Positions 26,301 to 38,222 of a stretch of 64,000 nt of DNA are shown here, one piece after another. This stretch comes from Squalus acanthias (taxonomy: Eukaryota): contig CM059432.1 of NCBI GenBank assembly GCA_030390025.1, positions 34,784,001 to 34,848,000 on the forward strand, read 5' to 3'. Position 1 is the first letter of the stretch; the number at the start of each line of letters is the position of its first letter. The notes beneath the pieces were generated by a model that saw only the letters and a list, made by a program, of their open reading frames with translations, searched no databases and had not been told where the DNA came from. A program made the translations under genes and the position numbers.

Positions 26301-27164
26301 GGTGAGGTCGACTGACAGTACAAACCTCATTAATGTAACCAAGTGTAGCACTTTGATATGTTGTGAGAATAAATGCAACTAATTATTAGTAGCCACAACA
26401 CTCCTGATACTAAACAACCTTTAAATATCTGAATTAAACTGTTGCACAATGTTAAACTGACAAGGAAGCAGTACAAGAGCACTAACCTGACAGCTACGAC
26501 GCATTACTGAGGATCCCTTTAAGTAGCGCCCCTGGAGCCGGCATCCACCTGCTTGATGCCTCCTCTCCCTGTCGCTGTCGGGGCGAGGCGCTAAGGCGGG
26601 GGTAACAATGAATTTTGCTGATCGGGCGCCCAGTGAGCGTTGCAAACTCACTGATGTCACGATCTGCCTGACGCTGAGGTCCCTGGCGGTAACTCGTAGT
26701 GGCGGCGCTACGGGGGTGCTGGATTTGACATGCGTTGCTGGATTCGCCTCACCTCGCCCCGGCGCTACTGCATCAGCGCCCCATTAGCGCCCCCGCCAGG
26801 CGCTAACTGGAGGCGCTAACCAACTGAATTTTTCCCCCTTTATTTCTTTTCTACTTAACCATAGGGAGCATCTTAGCGCAGTCCGATCCTTTCCAAAATC
26901 ACTTTCCAGAAAGCAATTATTTAGTTTAAAAAATATTTATATTAATTCTTGGGATGTGGGCATCACTGGAAAGGGCGGCATTTATTGCCCATCTCTAGTT
27001 GCCCTGAGAAGGTGGTAGTGGGCTTTTGTCTTGAACCACTGCAGTCCGTGTAGTGAAGGTACTCTCACAATGCTGTTAGGTAGGAAGTTCCAGGATTTTG
27101 ACCCAATGATAATGATGGAACGGTGATTTATGTCCAATTCAGGATGGTGTGTGACTTGGAGAGG

Positions 27165-27510
27165 TACTGTACGTATACATGAGCTGACACTGAGATATAC
27201 AAGGGACGTACAGTATCAGACAGGAGTGACTCGTTCTCTTTTACCCACTGTGTAATGTACATGTACAGAATCTGACACTGTGACACACGCGAGCCGTACA
27301 GTACCAGACAATAGTGACTGGTTCCCTTTTACCTGGTGTGTACTGCACACGTACAAGAGCTGACACTGAGACACACACGAGCCGTACAGTACCAGACTGG
27401 AGTGAATCATTCCCCTTTACCTGATATGTATATGTACATGAGGTGCCACTAAGATGCACACAAGTTGTACAATACCAGACAGGAGTGAATCGTTCTAGTT
27501 TACCATTCCT
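27165..27510. repeat. Minisatellite, about 88-bp unit, four copies
   Basis: CTGACACTG recurs at 27184, 27272 and 27360, with a diverged fourth copy; GTACAGTACCAGAC core. Confidence 0.85.
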
Positions 27511-28493
27511 ATTTTGTGCACAGTGTACCATTCAGGGAGTGTCGTAAAATGCAGCCAAGCTGAACATAGTAGAAAAGGTGAAGGCTTTTCATCTCCTGCC
27601 AGCACATGCAACAGATGCCAGGCAGACAGCAAGCAGGGTAATAGCGAGGGCACACATCAGACACCAGATGGTTATTAGTCCTAAAGTTGTAGCGTAGACA
27701 CAGTTAAACCACAATTAGTGTTAGTGACTGAAACACATTGAGATGGACTTATTTTAGTTCCATTTTATTTCAGCTCAAATCTTGAGCCGTATTTAATATT
27801 TATTCACAAATTACTGTTCTGTTTTATATTAAAACATATAATAAATTTCATACCAGAACTGCAACGTGTCAGAACACCAAAGGGGTTTTGGCCCTGAACT
27901 GCGAGTTCTGAGGTTGCTAATACTCCACAGTTTTATTTTCCCTTTGATGAATATATTGGTCTGGCACGGACCCATTCAAACATCATAGAATCATAGAATA
28001 ATACAGCACAGAGGAGGCCATTTGACCCATTGGCACTGATGAAAGGATGAAAGGAACAGCTCTCCCTGATGAGGGATGTAGTACAATTGAGTAAATCTCC
28101 ATGGGCTGGTGTGGACAAACACACAGGGTGTGGTGTTTCATTTCCCCTGACTTGTGCTGGATCATGGGTCTGCAGGCTTTGCCCAAGTGGCTGTTCTTTT
28201 ATCCGTTATTATTGGAACTCAGCGGCAGCTAGCTATTCAACTGTGAAGGGCATCATAGCTTCTGCTCAAAATGGAGTGGAGAGTTACTCCAGTGGCCTGG
28301 CCAACATTTCCCCCTCACCCAACACCACCAAGAATACTGTTTGTGTGATCTTGATGTGCACTAAATAGCTGATGCGTTTGCCTACATTCAAAAGTCATTT
28401 ATTGCATAAAGCTCTTTGCAGTATCTCAATGTGATAAGGCGCATTATAAATGTAAGGACTGATAGTCTGATTTATGCCAGGAGAAATCAGGAA

Positions 28494-28630
28494 CAGGAAG
28501 TGCGACTGAATGTTGTTTCCCCTGTCTCGCCATGGGATGACGTGTATTGATTGTGTTCTTGCTGCATTATGTGATTCAATGCTGTCAGCTTCAGCTTGTG
28601 TTAGTGGTCGTCCTCTGGGATTTGTAGTTT
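28494..28630. promoter_or_regulatory. Candidate promoter motif cluster (ETS, CRE half-site, ZNF143/SBS)
   Basis: CAGGAAGTG at 28494, TGACGT at 28538, and CTGGGATTTGTAGTTT at 28615-28630 (reverse strand ACTACAAATCCCAG). Confidence 0.4.
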
Positions 28631-28829
28631 TACCTTCACGCTACTTCGCAGAAAATTTTAGTCGATAATTGCAAAGCAATGATGCTAAACCAGCTGCTGA
28701 AATGAGCAAATCTGTAATTGGAGCGGACTGGCTCTGGTGTGGAACTTTGTGTTACTGCGATCGCTCTGGTCAGCCTGCTACTGATCCTCTAGTTAGAAGT
28801 GATTGCTAACTGACCAATCAAGGGGAGTG

Positions 28830-29130
28830 TCAGCAATCAGTGTGTTACTGAGGCCAGTTGGCCCAGGTTTGATCTCCGATCTGGGTTGAGTTAGCTGCTC
28901 TCCACTGGAGGCAGTAGTTGGGGTATTGCAACTGAGCGCAGTGCTAGAGGTGAATTGTCCAGGGTTTCTGCTCCCATTCCTAACTCCTGTCTGAATGGCC
29001 ATCTATGAGGATATGACATGAGGACTGGATCATGGTGGGCTGTGATCCTGTCTACGTTTGAATCACTCACTGATCGGGCTCACACTTGAAAGGTGGCCAC
29101 TTCAGCGAGATATTGTAGGGCATCAGGTAC
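28830..29130 (+). mobile_element. Old SINE-like interspersed repeat
   Basis: Related sequence at about 48090-48310(+) and 58250-58395(-) (CCAGGGTT..CTCCTGAT..CAGT core). Confidence 0.5.
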
Positions 29131-29133
29131 CTA

Positions 29134-29587
29134 TGGAACTGTCCCTTTAATAGTCAATTCCTTTGATGGGGGCAGGGCATATACTCCTTTAATAGGCAGT
29201 ACCTCCGACGGTGGGGTGGGGGAGGACTGTACCCCTTTAATAGGCAGTGCTTTCGATGGGAGGGGTGGGGGGTAGGAACTGTACCCCTTTAATAGGCAGT
29301 GATTTCACGTGAGGGGGTTTACGTACCCCTTAATAGCAGTGCATGCGATGGAGGGGGGGGGGAGAGGAACTGTACCCCTTTAATAGGCAGTGATTTCACG
29401 GGGGAGGAGGATGTACCCTTTAATAGGCAGTGCTTTCGGGGAGGGGGTGGGGGGGTGGAGAGGAACTGTACCCCTTTAATAGGCAGTGGCTTTGATTGGG
29501 GGGCATGGGGGGGAGGAACTGTACCCCTTTAATAGGCAATGCCTCCGATGGTGAGGGGGTGGGGGAGGAACTGTACCCCTTTAATAC
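29134..29587. repeat. G-rich minisatellite, about 10 units of about 45-60 bp
   Basis: Core AGGAACTGTACCCCTTTAATAGGCAGTG separated by variable G-run spacers. Confidence 0.9.
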
Positions 29588-29862
29588 CATCTACAAGGCA
29601 CGAGTAAGGAGTGTAATGGAAGAGAGAGAAAAATAAATGTTAAAAATGAGAGAGGAGATTAAAAGAGAACAAGAGCAAATTTATTAATCCTACATTTATA
29701 CTACACAGTACTGGCTGCATGTCAGTGCTGGGGCCTCGGTTATTTACAATCTATATTAATGACTTAGATGAGGGGACCAAGTGTAATGTATCCAAGTTTG
29801 CTGATGTTACAAAGCTAGGTGGGAAAGTAAGCTGTGAGGAGTACACAAAGAGTCTTCAAAGG

Positions 29863-30364
29863 TGAGAAGTCGCACAACACCAGGTTATAGTCCAACAGAT
29901 TTATTTAATTTTACAAGCTTTCGGAGCTATCGCTCCTTCGTCAGGTAAGTTAGCAATGAGAGAATCTCCCAGAATTCACAATTTAAACCCAGACAAAATC
30001 TATTCACATTATTCGCTACAACAAAGAGCACAGCCAAGACAATGAGATGTGTCCCAGGGGGTCCAGCGTGTCAAACCACCTGCTGGCTGCATATCCTGTC
30101 AATTTGTGTTCTTGTGTTTTTAAAAAAAAAACAAAAAAACAAAAAAAAAAAAAAAACACCTGGGAAGACCGGCCATGATGTCAAGTCACGTTCTGTATCG
30201 TGACATGAACCCGATATCGCGATTGAGGCCATCCTCATGAGTGCGGAACTTGGCTATCAGTTTCTGCTCTATGATTTTGCGCTGTCGTGTATCTCGAAGG
30301 CCGCCTTGGAGAACGCTTACCCGCAGATCCGAGGCTGAATGCCCCTGGCTGCTGAAGTGTTCCC
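29863..30364 (-). mobile_element. Penelope-like element 3' fragment (GIY-YIG C-terminus plus 3' region)
   Basis: EHFSSQGHSASDLRVSVLQGG..EQKLIAKFRTHEDGLNRD; 12-bp TSD AGTCTTCAAAGG at 29851-29862 and 30365-30376. Confidence 0.88.
29911..29948 (-). ncRNA. Minimal hammerhead ribozyme motif
   Basis: UUAC-CUGACGA-A-GGAGC(GAUA)GCUCC-GAAA-GC-UU-GUAA. Confidence 0.75.
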
Positions 30365-30477
30365 AGTCTTCAAAGGGATATAGACAGGTTAAGTGAGTGG
30401 GCAAGAAGGTGGCAGATGGAGTATAATGTGGGGAAATGTGAGGTTATTCACTTTGGTAGGAAGAATAGAAAAACAGA

Positions 30478-31240
30478 GGCCCAGAAATTCGCCTCTCCGG
30501 CTTGCCGCGGGGGTAAGGATCGCACGCGCACTTACCTACCGCGCCTGCCGTTGTGTTTTGGGCCCACGGGAACTTCAGCTCCTGGTCCTGCTCCAAGAGC
30601 CGGCGCGCAGTGCTTGCGTGTCCCAGGGGCGTAGTTAGTGCGATGCGTCCCCTGGGATCACGTGGGCCATGGAGAGCCAATGGCAGCAGACCATCTTTCA
30701 TTCATAGATTTGACAGGAAGAGCTGTCAAATCTGTGAATTGAAATCGGCCCCAAAAGAACAGCTAAACTTAAAATAATTTTTTTTTAAAACCATCACATT
30801 TATAAAATAACTGTAGTTAAATAAATTAACCACTTTAAACAAAAATTTAATTTTTGAAAAAATTAAAATACTTTTTAAAAGTGATAAAAATAAACTTACC
30901 TTTCTTTAAAGTATCTACAAAAGATAAACCTGTTGAAAATTTTTTAAATTATACTTAATTAACCACTTACCTTGTTGAAAACGGGTCCTGCGCCTCCTTT
31001 TTATAAGCGTAGGTTCTTCACTCCTTCCCTCGCGTAGAAACCTGAAAAAAAATCTAAGTTCGCTGCATGCGCGCAGCCTCTACCGCGCACGCGGTTCACC
31101 TAGGAACCGCCCCCTTCACCAGACCAGAAGTTCCGGTTTCCCGCGCATGCGCAGTGCATGCAGGAAACCGGCACTTCGAGACGCATTACGGGTGAGTACG
31201 CACTGAGTACTCACCCGGGAAGGGCCTGAATTATTGGCCC
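30478..31240. mobile_element. Harbinger-type MITE with GC-rich arms and an AT-rich centre
   Basis: TIR GGCCCAGAAATTC / GAATTATTGGCCC (10/13 match); AGA TSD; excision restores CR1 KTESFLNG. Confidence 0.8.
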
Positions 31241-32227
31241 AGAATCTTTTTTAAATGGTGAGAAATGATTAAATGTTGGTGTTCAGAGGGATTTGGGTGT
31301 CCTTGTACATGAAACACAGAAAGTTAACATGCAGGTACAGCAAGCAATTAGGAAGGCAAATGGTATGTTGGCCTTTATTGCAAGAGGGTTTGAGTACAAG
31401 AGTAAGGAAATCTTACTGCAATTGCACAGGGCCTTGGTGAGACCACACCTGGAGTACTGAGCACAGTTTTGGTCTCTGTACCAAAGGAAGGATATACTTG
31501 CCTGCGAGGTGAGTGCAACCAAGGTTCACTACATTGATTCCTGGGATGAGAGAGTTGTCCTATGAGAAGAGATTGAGTAGAATGGGCCTATACTCTCTGG
31601 AGTTTAGAAGAATGAGAGGTGATCTTATTGAAATATATAAGATTCTGAGGGGGATTGACAGTGTAGATGCTGAGAGGCTGTTTCCCTTGGCTGTAGAGTC
31701 TAGAACTAGGGCGCATAGTCTCAGGATAAGGGGTCGGCCATTTAGGACTGAGATGAGGAGATATTTCATCACTCAGAGGGTTGTGAATCTTTAGAATTCT
31801 CTACCCCAGAGGCCTGTGGATACTTAGTTGTTGAGTATATTCAAGGCTGAGATCGATAGATTTTTAGACTCTAAGGGAATCAAGGGATATCAAGGAAAGT
31901 GGAGTTCGAGTCCGTATGGCCTACTCAAGCTCCTATTTCTTATGTTGTTATGTTCAGTGGATGCTACTTGAGAAAGAGCAGGGAGTTCTCTTGGCATCCC
32001 GGGCCAACATTCCTCCCTCAGCCAACACAATAACAACAACATGCATTTATATAGCGCATTTAACATAGTAAAACATCCCAAGGTGCTTCACAGGAGCGTA
32101 ATCAGACAAAAATTGACACCAAGCCAAAGTCGGTCATTATCACATTGCTGTTTGCGGGAATTTGCTGTGTGCAAAATTGGTTGCCGCATTTCATACATTA
32201 CAACAGTGGGGAGTGGAACTAACCAAA

Positions 32228-34030
32228 GGCGAAGGTAAATGTAGGTCCTTTACAGTCAAAGACAGGAGAATTTATAATGGGGAATGAGGAAATGGCAGAG
32301 AAATTAAATAAATACTTTGTTTCTGTCTTCACGGAGGAAGACACAAAAAAACCTCCCAGAAATACAAGAAAACCATGGGTGTGGCGAGAATGAGGAACTT
32401 AAAGAAATTATTATTAGTAAAAAAACAGTACTAGCAAAATTAATGGGACGAAAAGTCGATAAATCCCAAGGACCGGATGACCTACATCCTAGGGTTTTGA
32501 AAGAGGTGGCCATTGGGATAGTGGACGCATTGGTCGTCATCTTCCAAAATTCTATAGATTCTGGAATGGTTCCTGCAGATTGGAGGATAGCAAATGTAAC
32601 CCCGCTATTTAAGAAAGGAGGGAGAGAGAAAATGGGGAACTACAGACCTGTTAGCCTCACATCAGTAGTTGGGAAAATGCTGGAATCTATTATAAAGGAT
32701 GCAATAACTGGGCACTTAGAAACTAATAGTAAGATTGGGCAGAGTCAACATGAAAGAGAAGTCCTGTTTGACAAACCTATTGGATTTCTTTGAGGATGTA
32801 ACTAGTGGAGTAGACAAAGGGGAACCAGTAGATGTAGTGTATTTGGATTTTCAGAAGGCCTTCAATAAGGTCCCACACAAGAGGTTGGTGAACAAAATTA
32901 GGGCACATGGAATTGGGGTAATATACTAGCATGGATTGAGAATTGGTTAGCAGACAGAAAACAAAGAGTAGGGATAAACGGGTCTTTTTCAGGATGGCAG
33001 ACTGTGACTAGTGGGGTACCGCAAGGATCGGTGCTTGGGCCCCAGCTATTCACAATCTATATCAATGATTTGGATGAGGGGACTAAATGTAACATTTCCA
33101 AATTTGCTGAAGAGACAAAGCTAGGTGGCAGTGTCAGTTGTGAAAAGGATGTGAAGAGGCTTCAAGGGGATCTCGACAGGCTCAGTGAGTGAGCGAGAAC
33201 ATGGCAGATGGATTATAATGTAGATAAATCCACTTCGGTAGAAAAAACAGAAAGGCAGAGTATTTGATAAATGGTGAAAGATTGGGGAATGCAGATGCTC
33301 AAAGGGACCTGGGTGTCCTTGTACATGAGTCACTGAAAGTGAATGTGCAGGTGCAGCAAGCCATTAGGAAGGCAAATGGTATGCTGGCCTTCATTACAAG
33401 AGGATTTGAGTACAGGAGTAAAGAAGTCTTACTTCAATTATATAGGGCCTTGGTGAGACCACACCTAGAGTACTGTGTACAATTTTGGTCTCCTTACCTA
33501 AGGAAGGATATACTTGCCATAGAGGGAGTGCAACGAAGGTTCACGAGATTGATTCCTGGGATGGCAGGGACTGTCGTATGAGAAGAGATTGAGTAAACTA
33601 GGCCTGTATTCTCTTGAATTCAGAAGAATGAGAGGGTATCTCATTGAAGCATACAAAATTATTACAGGGCTTGATAGGGTGGATGCTGGGAGAATGTTTC
33701 CCTTGGCTGGGGAGTCTAGAACCAGGGGCCACAGCCTCAGGATAAAGGGTAGGCCATTCAGGACTGAGATGAGAAGACATTTCTTCACACAGAGGGTGGT
33801 GAATCTTTGGAATTCTCTACCCCAGAGGGTTGTGGAGGCTCAGTCATTGGGTATATTCAAAACAGAAGTCGATAGATTTCTGACTAGTAAGGGCATCAAG
33901 GGATATGACGATAAGGCCGGTGAATGGAATTGAGGCAGAAGATCAGCCGTGATCTAATTGAATGGCGGAGCGGGCTCAAAGGGCCGAATGGCCTACTCCT
34001 ACTCCTATTTCTTATGTTCTTATGTTCTTA
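32228..34030 (+). mobile_element. CR1, 5'-truncated, very similar to 16936-18755(-)
   Basis: RT motifs, (TTCTTATG)n tail, and the shared variant MRGYLIEAYK. Confidence 0.92.
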
Positions 34031-35642
34031 ACCGGATTGCTTTTCAAAAGAGTCGGTATAGACTTGGTGGGCAGAATGGCCTCCTTCTGTGCTGTACTAT
34101 TCTATTCTAGGTCAGGTGACCAAATGCTTGGTTAAAGAGGTAGTTTTTAAGCAGCGTCTTAAAGGAGGAGAGAAAGGCGGAGAGATAAAGAGTTTGGAGA
34201 GGGAATTCCAGAAATTAGGGCCTAGACGGCAGAAGGCACGGCCGCCAATGATAGGGCGAAAAAGTGAGGGATGTACAAGAAGCTAGAGTTGGAGGAATGT
34301 AGAGTTCTCGGAGGGTTGCGGGGCTGGAGGAGGTTACAGAGATAGGGAAACCACCAAAAAACAGATTAACTGGCCATTCATCTCATTGCTGCTCACAGGA
34401 CTTTGTGTAAAATGGTTGCTTATCAACCGTCATTGCATTTCAGAGTAGTTAATTGTGTGTGAAGTGATTTGGGACATTTTTGAGAGATGAGATAAGGGAA
34501 TCTATAAATCCAAGACTTCTTTTCACTGCCTCCTCATATCGTTGTGAAGTTGGGTACAGCAGTGTTCACAGATGGTATTTGTGCACAATCACCAACCTTC
34601 CACCACCAGTCATTCTAATAGATCTCCTGTGGCATTGCTCATGTTAACTCAGATGACATGAACATAAATTTATATCAATATCTTTTTGTGGTTTGCTCTA
34701 CCTCTCTACTGTTTTTTTTTTCGTTTTTGGGATGTGGGTGTCTCTGGCAAGGCCGACATTTATTGCCCATCTCTAGTTGCCCCAAGAAGGTGATGGTGGG
34801 CCGCCTTCTTTCTAGTGGCTTGATACAACTGAGTGACTTGCTAGGCTACTGATTACAATCACATTAGTGTGGGACTGAAGGCGCATACAGGCCAGACTGG
34901 GTAAGGATGTCAGGTTTCCTTCCCTATAGAACATTATTGAACCAGTTGGGTTTTTACGACAATCCGACAGCTTCATGGTCATTTTTACTGTTACCAGCTT
35001 TTTAAAACAGAATTCAAATTCTCAAATATGGTGGGATTTGAACTCGCTCTCTGATTTACTAGTCTAGTAACAGATCCACTACACTACCGTACACAACAGC
35101 AGTAACTGGTCGAAGCAGGAGAGCCGTCAATGTGGCAGCAGGGCTTCTATAGTAAATTAAGTGTTTTCTTTGAAGCAAGTGATAAGATTCTCCTGAATTA
35201 CTTTTTGTAATATGTTTTCTGTCTGTCTTGTTCCTCTTCTACTTGTGCTGTTGTGGTTTTCTGACTGTCTTGCACTCATTCTGTTTGTCCCAGTATCTAT
35301 AGGCCTCTGTGGTGGCCTATCTCTTTCTCTCATGTCAGCCTTTTCCTCTTTGCAGTTCTGTTTTCATGCTTCTCTATTTCTTTTGTCAGGTTTGTCTTTC
35401 TGGTATTGTGGAAGAAGCAAGGAATATTATTAGCAGAAAGAAAACAGGGAAATAGAAAAACACAAAAAAGATTTTGGTGAAATTTGGATAGCAAAAAGTT
35501 GAAAGAGTAAAGCTCGCACTGGTGTGCCTACATGTCAGGACATAGGTGAAGCTTCATGATTGGTGACATACTTGGGGACCAGTGCTGGGTGTCAATCATG
35601 TGTTAGAGTCAGCCAATTAGAGGGAGGTAAAATAAATTTTCC

Positions 35643-36035
35643 AAGAAAGAAAAGAACTAACTTGCATTTATATATAGCTCCTTTCATGACCTCAGGATGT
35701 CCCAAAATGCTTTACAACCAATGAAGTACTTTTGAAATGTAGTCACTGTTGTAATATAGGAAATGTGGCAGCCATTTGTGCACAAAAAGCTCCTACAAAC
35801 AGCAATGAAATAAGCAAACAGATAATCTGTTGTTGGGGTTTATCTTTAATGTCCACCTGAGAGGGCAGATGAGGTCTCAGTTTAACGTCTCATACGAAAT
35901 ACGCACCTCCGACAGTGTAGCACTCCCTCAGTAGTACTGCAGTCAGCTTAGATTATGCGCTCAAGTCCCTGGCGTGGGGCTTGAACCCATGACCTGCTGA
36001 CTCAGATGCGAGAATGCTATCACTCAGCCTGACAC
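35643..36035 (-). mobile_element. DeuSINE (SacSINE1-like)
   Basis: Reverse complement of the family at 51615 and 59528. Confidence 0.75.
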
Positions 36036-36774
36036 TTATATTTCTAGGTTAGAATAAATTTGGGTGTGATTGAGAGTGACTGCGAAGTGTTACAGAAAAA
36101 TGTTATAGGAAGTGCGAGTGATGCACAAGACTTTTGATATATTACTATAGAGATCTCCCATGTGGTTGCTCAGTGACTCTCATTGTTTTTATATTACAAA
36201 TGCCCTTTAGGGAAGGAAACCTGCCATCCTTACCTGGTCTGGCCTATATGTGATTCCAGCTCCACACCGTTGTGGTTGACTCTTCACTGCCCTGTGAAGT
36301 GGTCTAGCAAGCCACTCCGTTGTATCAAACCAGCACAATGCAGCGGTTCAAGAAGAAGGCCCACCACCATCTTCTCAGGGCAACTAGGGATGGGCAATAA
36401 ATGCAGGTCTTACCAGTGACACCCACATCCCAAGAATGACACGGGGAGAATGTGCAAACTCCACACAGACAGTCACGCAAGGCCGGATTCAAACCCGGTC
36501 CCTGGCGCTGTGAGGCAATGCCCTCTCTTAAACACGCACAGCTGAACACGAATTCAGCAGCAGGAAGGACCCCCCCACCAGTGCTATTTAAAGGGATCAT
36601 CAACTAGTTGTTGATTAATTTCTACTGTCTACTGGTTGTTGCTGAGTTTGTAGAAGTGTTTGGTGCTTTGTACAGTAGGTTAAAGTTTCTAAAGTCTACA
36701 GGGAGTGGTGTGGCACATGGTGAAGGACTTTGTCCTGACTTCAAGGATTCTGCACAGCCCACTTACTCCAAGGC

Positions 36775-37900
36775 ATGGGTGCACTAGTAGGCATTCCACT
36801 TGGCCTACAGCATGACAGGGAGAATGAGCAGAGGTGACACAGAGCAGGACAAGCTGAGGGAAGAGGGAGGAGGGGGAGAAGGGCTCTCAGCAGGAGGCCA
36901 TGTCAGCCCAGGGTGTTCAGGGAGTAATACTACTACCTGAACCTCAGCGAGGAACAGTGTGTCAGATGTCTGCACTTCACCAAGGACGTCTCACTGAAAT
37001 CTGCCACCTGCTGCAGCCACAGCTGCAACCTCAAAGCAGGGCGAGGATCGCATTGCCAGTGGCTGTGAAGATCACGGTGGCCATGAAGTTTTATGCGTTG
37101 GGCTCCTTCCAGGCTGGAGCAGGAGATATTTGCAACATCTCCCAGATTACCGTGCAATGTTGCATTAGGAAAATAACTGAGGCTCTGTATTCCAAGAGAG
37201 CCGAATTCATTTCCTTTTCTCTGGCAAGAGAGCAGCAGGCGGAGCGAGCAGGCAGCTTCTCGAGGATTACAGGCTTCCCTATAGTTCAGGGTGCCATTGA
37301 CTGCACGCACGTCACTTTGCGGGCGCCGCATGTAAACGCTGAGATGTACCGCAACCGAAAGGGATTCCACTCCCTCAGTGTCCAGCTGGTGTACGACGAT
37401 ATTCAGCGAATCTTGCAGGTCAATGCCCGGTATCCTGGCAGCAGTAACGATGCCTTCATTCCGCGGCAGTCCCATCAGCATTTGGGCTACCACAACAAAC
37501 CAGAGGGTAGCTTCTGGGAGACAAGGGCTATCCGTTAACAACATGGCTCATGACTCCGGTGTGCAACCCATGGGCACGTGGGCAACATTCATACAACAAA
37601 AGCCATGCTGCCAAAGTATCATCGAGCACACCATTGGCGTGCTGAAGCAACGCTTCCGCTGCCTGGACCACTCTGGAGGAGCCCTGCAGTACTCAGCAGA
37701 GCAGATGTTGAGATTCGTGGTGGCCTTGCCATCATGAGGGCACAGCCTTTGCCACCAGCCATACAGCAACCAGCTGAGGAGCAGGAGGAGGAGGAGGAAG
37801 AGAAGGGAGGAGGCAACCCAGACAGCCCCTTTCTGGCCGGGCTGACCATGACTGACTCATCCGGCTGCGATACGGGTAAACGCAACCCCAATTCCACATT
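36775..37900 (+). pseudogene. Harbinger DDE transposase, frameshifted
   Basis: [49 protein letters not shown] at 37981. Confidence 0.92.
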
Positions 37901-38047
37901 CACCAACATCCCACACCTTACCTTCCCTCTGTCGCTGACCATCACAGAGTCCGCATGGCCACAATGCAAAAATACAAGCCAATAAAAAATAAACATTCCA
38001 AACCAAATTTATAAATTAAATCATGCCATATTGCATACAAACGTAAA

Positions 38048-38215
38048 CTAATCACCCTTGTGCATTCCCTCAGTGCCTGTCTTCCGTGTGCTTTTGCCTG
38101 TCCTAGTGCTTCTACGCAGTCCTACCCCAGTGACTGCAGCATGGCTGGTGGAAGGCTGCTGACTTTCAGTGCAGGAGACTGCAGATGGCCTTGGAGGACG
38201 ACCTTGAGCAGCTGT
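38048..38215 (-). pseudogene. Harbinger Myb-like gene C-terminus (native orientation)
   Basis: QQPSTSHAAVTGVGLRRSTRTGK..GMHKGD* matches the end of ORF 24513-25058. Confidence 0.8.
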
Positions 38216-38222
38216 GGAGATA

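Larger units (their letters stand above)
13233..26838. mobile_element. PIF/Harbinger transposon 1 (Myb gene +, transposase -, convergent), interrupted at 14525-24522; Myb-side terminus lost
   Basis: Myb/SANT exons, a DDE transposase and an intact terminus ..CCAACTGAATTTTTCCCCC at 26838. Confidence 0.9.
29700..31955 (+). mobile_element. CR1 3' fragment interrupted by a Penelope fragment and a MITE
   Basis: The RT reading is continuous once 29863-30376 and 30478-31243 are removed. Confidence 0.88.

Noticed and set aside
25240..26378. Domesticated HARBI1 host gene
   Set aside because: Frameshifted, next to a TIR, and one of three degraded copies in the window.
29134..29587. CRISPR-like repeat-spacer array
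   Set aside because: The spacers are related G-runs, the repeats are degenerate, there are no cas genes, and the context is vertebrate.
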